From: an uncultured Acidobacteriota bacterium
GTDB taxonomy: Bacteria; Acidobacteriota; Vicinamibacteria; Fen-336
Assembly (NCBI GenBank): GCA_963720545.1
Contig: OY970399.1
Location: 3,392,001 to 3,456,000 of the forward strand
DNA length: 64,000 bases
Direction of reading: 5' to 3'
Part shown: piece by piece, positions 59,511-64,000 of the stretch
Numbering within the stretch: the stretch's first letter is position 1
Layout: each line of letters begins with the position of its first letter
The notes under the pieces: generated by a model
The model's database searches: none
Told to the model about the DNA's origin: nothing
The model's input: only the letters and a program-made list of their open reading frames with translations
Made by a program: the position numbers and the translations under genes

Positions 59511-60947
59511 TCAGGCGCCTGCGAACACCCGCCGGAAGAGGTCGGTGCGCAGCAGGCCCTCGGGATCGAGCGCGCGCTTCAGCTCGAGGAAGCGTGCGGT
59601 GCGCGGCTCGGCGGCGAGCGCGGTGCGCGCCGCGGGCGACAACAGGCTGTCCTTGGCGAAGTAGAAGCGGCCGCCGGCGGCGAGCACTTCGCGATCGAGC
59701 TCCGCGCAAAGCGCCAGGAGCCGCGCGGCGCGCTCCGGCTGCCACTTGAAGTCGAGCGCGAGCGAGTAGCCGTCGAGCCCGTGTGTCATCAGGAACGGGT
59801 CGGCGCGGTGCTGCTTGAAGACCGCGAGATAGGGCGGCAGCCCGTGGCGGCGGCAGGTCTCGAGCTGGCGGCGCAGCACCTGCGGCGCCGTCGCGGCGGG
59901 GATGAAGCTCTGGTACTGGATGAGGCCGCCGGGACCGTACGCTCGCTTCCACCCCGGCACGAAGTCGAGCAGGAACGAGAACGCCGCGAGCGACTGGCGG
60001 TACTTGCCCGAACCCGCGGCCCGCCCCTGCAGGTACTTGACGAGATTCACGAGCTGCCAGCCGGGATCGTTCGCGAACGGCGCCATCAGCCGCCAGACCT
60101 GGTCCATCGGCAGCACGCCGAAGAGCCGTGCCGGCAGCGCCTGGCTCTGCGGTTCGCTGGTTTGCTGCGGCTGCGGATCCTCGCCGTCCCGCAGGTAGCG
60201 CGCGGCGTGCACCAGCCCGCGGCCGCAGCCCTTGCCGGTGGCGAAGCCGTCCACCCAGCCGACGAGGTAGTCGGCGCTCGCCGCGCGCGCCGCGAACGCC
60301 GCGAACATCTCGTCGAGGTCGCGGGTGGGCACCGGCTCCACTTCCAGCAAGCCCGAGTGCACGCGCTTGAGGCGCAGCGTCACTTCGGTGATCACCGCCA
60401 GCACGCCGAAGCCGCCGATGACTGCATGGAACAGCGAGCTGTCCTCGCCGCGGCTGAGGCGCCGGCTTTCGCCGTTCGGCAGCGCCACGCGCAGCGCGTC
60501 GATCTGGTCGCCGATCGTGCCGACGCCGAAATTGTTCTTGCCGTGGATGTTCATCGCGGCGCAGCCGCCGATGGTCGGGAACATGGTGCCGGGGACGACA
60601 GCGGGCCAGTAGCCGAGCGGCAGGCAGTGCTTCCACAACTTCTCGATCGTGACTCCCGGTTCCACGCGCGCGATGCCGGTGTGCCGGTCGAAGTCGAGGA
60701 TGCGGTCGAGATGCGTGGTGTCGAGCGCGATGCCCTCGGCGTTCATCGCGGCATCGCCGTAGCTGCAGCCGGTGCCGCGCAGGCCGACGCTGACGCCGGC
60801 ATCGCGAGCGGCGGCGAATACCGCGCCGATCTCGTCGACCGACGCGGGCCGGTAGACGTAGCTCATGGCGCGGGCGGAACCGCCCCAGGACGACACCGGC
60901 TCGAGGCGGCGCGCCTCGAGAGCGGCGCGCGCAGTCACCGCCAACAC
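59511..60947 (-). CDS. DprE1-like FAD-linked oxidase
   Basis: SYGDAA, PGT..TIGG, IHGKN, QYQ, VFK, ALDF, GGRFYFAKDS; start 60947 or 60938. Confidence 0.85.
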   Translation of the reverse strand: MLAVTARAALEARRLEPVSSWGGSARAMSYVYRPASVDEIGAVFAAARDAGVSVGLRGTGCSYGDAAMNAEGIALDTTHLDRILDFDRHTGIARVEPGVTIEKLWKHCLPLGYWPAVVPGTMFPTIGGCAAMNIHGKNNFGVGTIGDQIDALRVALPNGESRRLSRGEDSSLFHAVIGGFGVLAVITEVTLRLKRVHSGLLEVEPVPTRDLDEMFAAFAARAASADYLVGWVDGFATGKGCGRGLVHAARYLRDGEDPQPQQTSEPQSQALPARLFGVLPMDQVWRLMAPFANDPGWQLVNLVKYLQGRAAGSGKYRQSLAAFSFLLDFVPGWKRAYGPGGLIQYQSFIPAATAPQVLRRQLETCRRHGLPPYLAVFKQHRADPFLMTHGLDGYSLALDFKWQPERAARLLALCAELDREVLAAGGRFYFAKDSLLSPAARTALAAEPRTARFLELKRALDPEGLLRTDLFRRVFAGA

Positions 60948-61681
60948 TAGATCTCGAGCCGGGAAAAGATGCTCGACGGGATGGCGCGCAGGATCGCCAT
61001 GACCAGCCGCCAGCGCTCCGGCACGTAGGCCGTCTGCCGCCGGCCGCGCGCCGCCTTCAGGATGAGCGCCGCGGCGCGCTCGGCCGAAATCACCATCGGC
61101 AGCCTCGCGAGGCCGGCGGTCATCGGTGTCGCCACCGGGCCCGGCTTCACCGTCAGCACGCGCACCCCGCGCTGGCGCAAGCGGTTGCGCAGCGCTTCGA
61201 GATAGTGCGCGAGCGCCGCCTTGGACGCCCCGTAGACCGGCTGGCCGCGCCGGCCGCGGTCGCCGGCGACCGAACCGATGCCGATGATGGTGCCGGCCCC
61301 GGCCGCCGCGAAGCGCTGCGCGGCCTCGTTGAGCCAGGCGACGGCGCCGCTCACGTTGACCGCGATGATCTCGCTGTCTTTCACGAACTCGTAGTCGGTC
61401 GAGCCGATGCGCGGCATCACCCCGGCGGCATACACCACGGTATCGAGCCCGCCCAGGTCGCGGCAGATCGCCTGGAAGAGCGCCGGCACCGCCGCGGTGT
61501 CCGCGACGTCGTGGCTGTAGGCGCGCACCCGGCCCGCGCCCGCGGCGGCCTCCTGCAGCGCCGCCAGCCGCTCTGCGCTGCGGCCCACGGCGGCCACGTC
61601 GCAGCCACTGGCGGCGAGCCGGCGGCAAAGCGCTTCCCCGATGCCCGAAGAGCCGCCGATGACGATGGTGCGCTGGAACAC
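60947..61681 (-). CDS. SDR oxidoreductase, DprE2-like
   Basis: GGSSGIG, SVAGDRGR, YGASK, KPGPVATPMT. Confidence 0.85.
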   Translation of the reverse strand: MFQRTIVIGGSSGIGEALCRRLAASGCDVAAVGRSAERLAALQEAAAGAGRVRAYSHDVADTAAVPALFQAICRDLGGLDTVVYAAGVMPRIGSTDYEFVKDSEIIAVNVSGAVAWLNEAAQRFAAAGAGTIIGIGSVAGDRGRRGQPVYGASKAALAHYLEALRNRLRQRGVRVLTVKPGPVATPMTAGLARLPMVISAERAAALILKAARGRRQTAYVPERWRLVMAILRAIPSSIFSRLEI

Positions 61682-62913
61682 TACTCGCGCGGCATCTCGG
61701 GCCGGCCGAGAAGGAAGCCCTGGCCGTGCTCGACGTTCAAGGCGGTGAGTGCCTGGAGCTCGTCCTCACTGGTGATGCCCTCGGCGATGATGCGTGCGCC
61801 GATGCCTTCGCCCATGGCGATGATGGCCTTCACCATCTCACGGTTGACGGCGGTCGAATGGATGTCGCGCACCAGCGAGATGTCGATCTTGAGGAACGAC
61901 GGCTTGAGGCGCGAGATCGACTCGAGGCCGGAGTAGCCGGCGCCGACGTCGTCGACCGCGAACGACATGCCGAGGTCGGAGTAGTAGTCCATCGCCTCGC
62001 GGAACAGGCTGTAGTTCTCGATCACCAGCTTCTCCGTGATCTCGATCACGATGCGGTCGGGAGCCACCTGCGCCTTCTCCAGGAAGTCGATCAGCGGCTT
62101 GCCGCGGAAGTCCGGCTCGCGAATGGTCGACGGCAGCGCGTTGATGAAGATCTTGCAGTTGGAGGGAATGCGCGAGGAGGAGAGCAGCGCCTGCTTGCGG
62201 CAAAGCCGGTCGAGCTCGGACGACAGGCTGAAGCGCCCCGCCGTGCCGAACAGCGTGTCGGCCGACTCGAGGCCGGTGCCGCGGCTGCCGCGCGACAGCG
62301 CCTCATAGCCGAGCAGGGAGCGGTCGGCAAGCCTGTAGATCGGCTGGTAGGCGGTGACGATGCGCTCGCGCGCCAGCAGGTCGTAGACCTTTTCCTGCGC
62401 CAGCAGGTCGTCGGCAGTGCGCAGGTGCGTGGCGGTGTGCAGCGCCTGGCGAAAGGCGCGGCTCACGATGTGCTCGATGTGCACCAGCGGGTTGTACATC
62501 GCGACCGCGTAGCCGGTGTTCACGTGTCGCGAGGAGTGCAGGTAGGGGAACGCGGCGCGCTCGATGGTTGCGATCAGGCCGGTGGCGAAGCGGGTGCGCG
62601 CGGCGCGCGCATCGGCCGGCGTCAGCGCCAGCGCCTTGCGGCGCTTCGGCCCCATGAAGATCATCAGGCGCAGGCCGCGCGGCTGGTCGAGACAGACGAT
62701 GTCGTCGAGCCGGTAGTCCTTGCCGTTCTGCTCCTTGAGGATCGTGAACATGCGCTGGCGCACTTCGTCGTAGGCCTGGGTGCCGTATTCGTCCTGGATG
62801 GCGGCGAACGGCGAGAAGTCGGTGACCACCAGGCCGATGCTGCCACGCTCCGCGAAATCCGCCGCGATCTGCGGCAGAACCTCGTGAAACGGCGGGAAGG
62901 GCTCGCGTGTCAT
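61681..62913 (-). CDS. EAL-domain c-di-GMP phosphodiesterase with divergent N-terminal domain
   Basis: YEALSR, IN, EITE, DDVGAGYS, KID, AEGI, QG. Confidence 0.9.
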   Translation of the reverse strand: MTREPFPPFHEVLPQIAADFAERGSIGLVVTDFSPFAAIQDEYGTQAYDEVRQRMFTILKEQNGKDYRLDDIVCLDQPRGLRLMIFMGPKRRKALALTPADARAARTRFATGLIATIERAAFPYLHSSRHVNTGYAVAMYNPLVHIEHIVSRAFRQALHTATHLRTADDLLAQEKVYDLLARERIVTAYQPIYRLADRSLLGYEALSRGSRGTGLESADTLFGTAGRFSLSSELDRLCRKQALLSSSRIPSNCKIFINALPSTIREPDFRGKPLIDFLEKAQVAPDRIVIEITEKLVIENYSLFREAMDYYSDLGMSFAVDDVGAGYSGLESISRLKPSFLKIDISLVRDIHSTAVNREMVKAIIAMGEGIGARIIAEGITSEDELQALTALNVEHGQGFLLGRPEMPRE

Positions 62914-63023
62914 GGTGTTGGCGGCGTCGTGGGCTTTGGCGGTGCGATAATACCGACCTCGCCGAGCCCCGCCAAACCCGGCGGCGGCAGAGGTTGCGAG
63001 AGATCACCAAACAGCGAGAGGCC

Positions 63024-63140
63024 ATGAGCCAGAGAATGCAAGAGATCCGCCGCCGCCGCCAGCGCCGCGAGAAGGCCCTGAAGGCCAGGCGCCGGGAGGC
63101 CCGGGCCGCCGCCGCCAAGAAGCCAGCAGCCAAGCGCTAG
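63024..63140 (+). CDS. Small highly basic protein (38 aa, DUF6800-like)
   Basis: MSQRMQEIRRRRQRREKALKARR...; GAGG upstream. Confidence 0.6.
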   Translation: MSQRMQEIRRRRQRREKALKARRREARAAAAKKPAAKR

Positions 63141-63163
63141 CCGTCAAAGGCCCAGGAAGCCGC

Positions 63164-64000
63164 TTGCAACTGCCCGCGTTCGCGGCCGCCTTCCGCGCCC
63201 CGGGCTTCAGGCGCCTGTGGATCGGGGCGTTCCTCAGCAGCGTCGGCACCTGGACCCAGGACGTGGCGCTCGCCTGGCTCGTCCACCAGCGCTTCGGCGA
63301 CCCGCGCTACCTCGGGTACCGCTCGTTCGCCGCCGAGGCGCCGCTGCTCGCCTTCATGCTGCTGGGCGGCGCGCGCGCCGATCGCGGCGACCGCAAGAAG
63401 ATACTGCTGGGCTCGCAGGTGGCGCAGATGGCATGCGCTGTGGCGCTCGCGGCGATGTACGCGACCGACACCCTGAGCATCGCCGCCATCCTGGTGCTCG
63501 CTGTGCTCGCCGGGCTGGCGCAGTCGCAGTCGGCGCCGACCTACCAGGCGACGCTCACGAGCCTGGTGCCGCGCGCGCACATCCAGAGCGCCGTCGGACT
63601 GAACTCGCTGCAGTTCAACCTGTCGCGCGCGCTCGGTCCGGCGGTCGCCGCGGTGCTGCTGGCCTCGGCCGGCGCGGGCGTTTGCTTCGGCGTGAATGCG
63701 CTGTCGTTCGTCGCGGTCATCATCGCCATCGCCGGCCTCGACCTGCCGAAGGCGCCGGTCGCGCCGGCCGAGAGCGTGCTGAAGAGCCTCTCGCTCGCCT
63801 GGGACCAGGTGGCGCTCTCGCCGCAGCTGCGGGTGCTGGTGCTGCTCGGCGCTGCCGGCAGCCTGCTCGGTTTCCCATTCATCACCTACCTGCCGGTCGT
63901 CGCCACCCGCCTCGGCGAGGGCGCCGCCGGGTTCGGCCTGCTGATGGCGAGCTTCGGCGCCGGCGCCATCGTTGGCGCCGTCGTGACCGCGCAGCAGGGC
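63164..64000 (+). CDS. MFS transporter, truncated by window edge
   Basis: FRRLWIGAFLSSVGTWTQDVA, GGARADRGDRKK, NSLQFNLSRALGPA; open to the end of the window and absent from the ORF track. Confidence 0.88.
   Translation, partial: MQLPAFAAAFRAPGFRRLWIGAFLSSVGTWTQDVALAWLVHQRFGDPRYLGYRSFAAEAPLLAFMLLGGARADRGDRKKILLGSQVAQMACAVALAAMYATDTLSIAAILVLAVLAGLAQSQSAPTYQATLTSLVPRAHIQSAVGLNSLQFNLSRALGPAVAAVLLASAGAGVCFGVNALSFVAVIIAIAGLDLPKAPVAPAESVLKSLSLAWDQVALSPQLRVLVLLGAAGSLLGFPFITYLPVVATRLGEGAAGFGLLMASFGAGAIVGAVVTAQQG

Noticed and set aside
62914..63023. Possible c-di-GMP riboswitch upstream of the EAL gene; GC-rich alternative stems are present
   Set aside because: No recognisable GEMM-I or GEMM-II consensus on either strand; such pairing is expected at this GC content. 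An Rfam scan would settle it

Overview
High-GC (about 70%) bacterial chromosome segment. Its gene content (Ser/Thr kinase with TolB-like propeller, ECF-kinase pair, YpdA, many TPR proteins) is most consistent with Acidobacteriota such as Vicinamibacteria; this taxonomy is an inference. It holds about 67 tightly packed CDSs, and I found no rRNA, tRNA, CRISPR array or transposase. Main blocks: (1) 2.6-12.3 kb, a purine-catabolism island with three-subunit xanthine dehydrogenase, a CitE/HpcH-like orphan enzyme, a PuuD-type urate oxidase lacking its cytochrome c domain, uraH, uraD, alc, allB and guanine deaminase; (2) 12.3-35.3 kb, mixed hydrolases, a GH13_18 sugar phosphorylase, a fused E1 dehydrogenase, a TPM + Tim44/zinc-ribbon pair, kinases, PBP1A, YpdA and an ECF/kinase module; (3) 35.3-52.6 kb, core genes pgpA-cinA-plsY-gpsA, cyclase, HD-GYP, TPR, ftsY-ribD-ribE-ribBA, a DASS transporter, and ffh-rpsP-khpA-rimM-trmD-rplS-rnhB; (4) 52.6-59.5 kb, an uncharacterised TPR/RodZ/paralogous helical repeat/DnaJ/PP2C/FHA module with a GTTC-N7-GTTC (LexA-like) box inside a sigma70 promoter; (5) a DprE1/DprE2-like pair, an EAL protein and a partial MFS transporter. 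The most unusual sequence-level signals are a histone-like basic repeat tail plus a triple 13-bp repeat/hairpin in the XDH 2Fe-2S gene, a ~270-bp intergenic fold-back element whose two terminal hairpins covary, and frequent leaderless or bidirectional -10 promoters. All product calls come from motif recognition by eye; no database searches were run.
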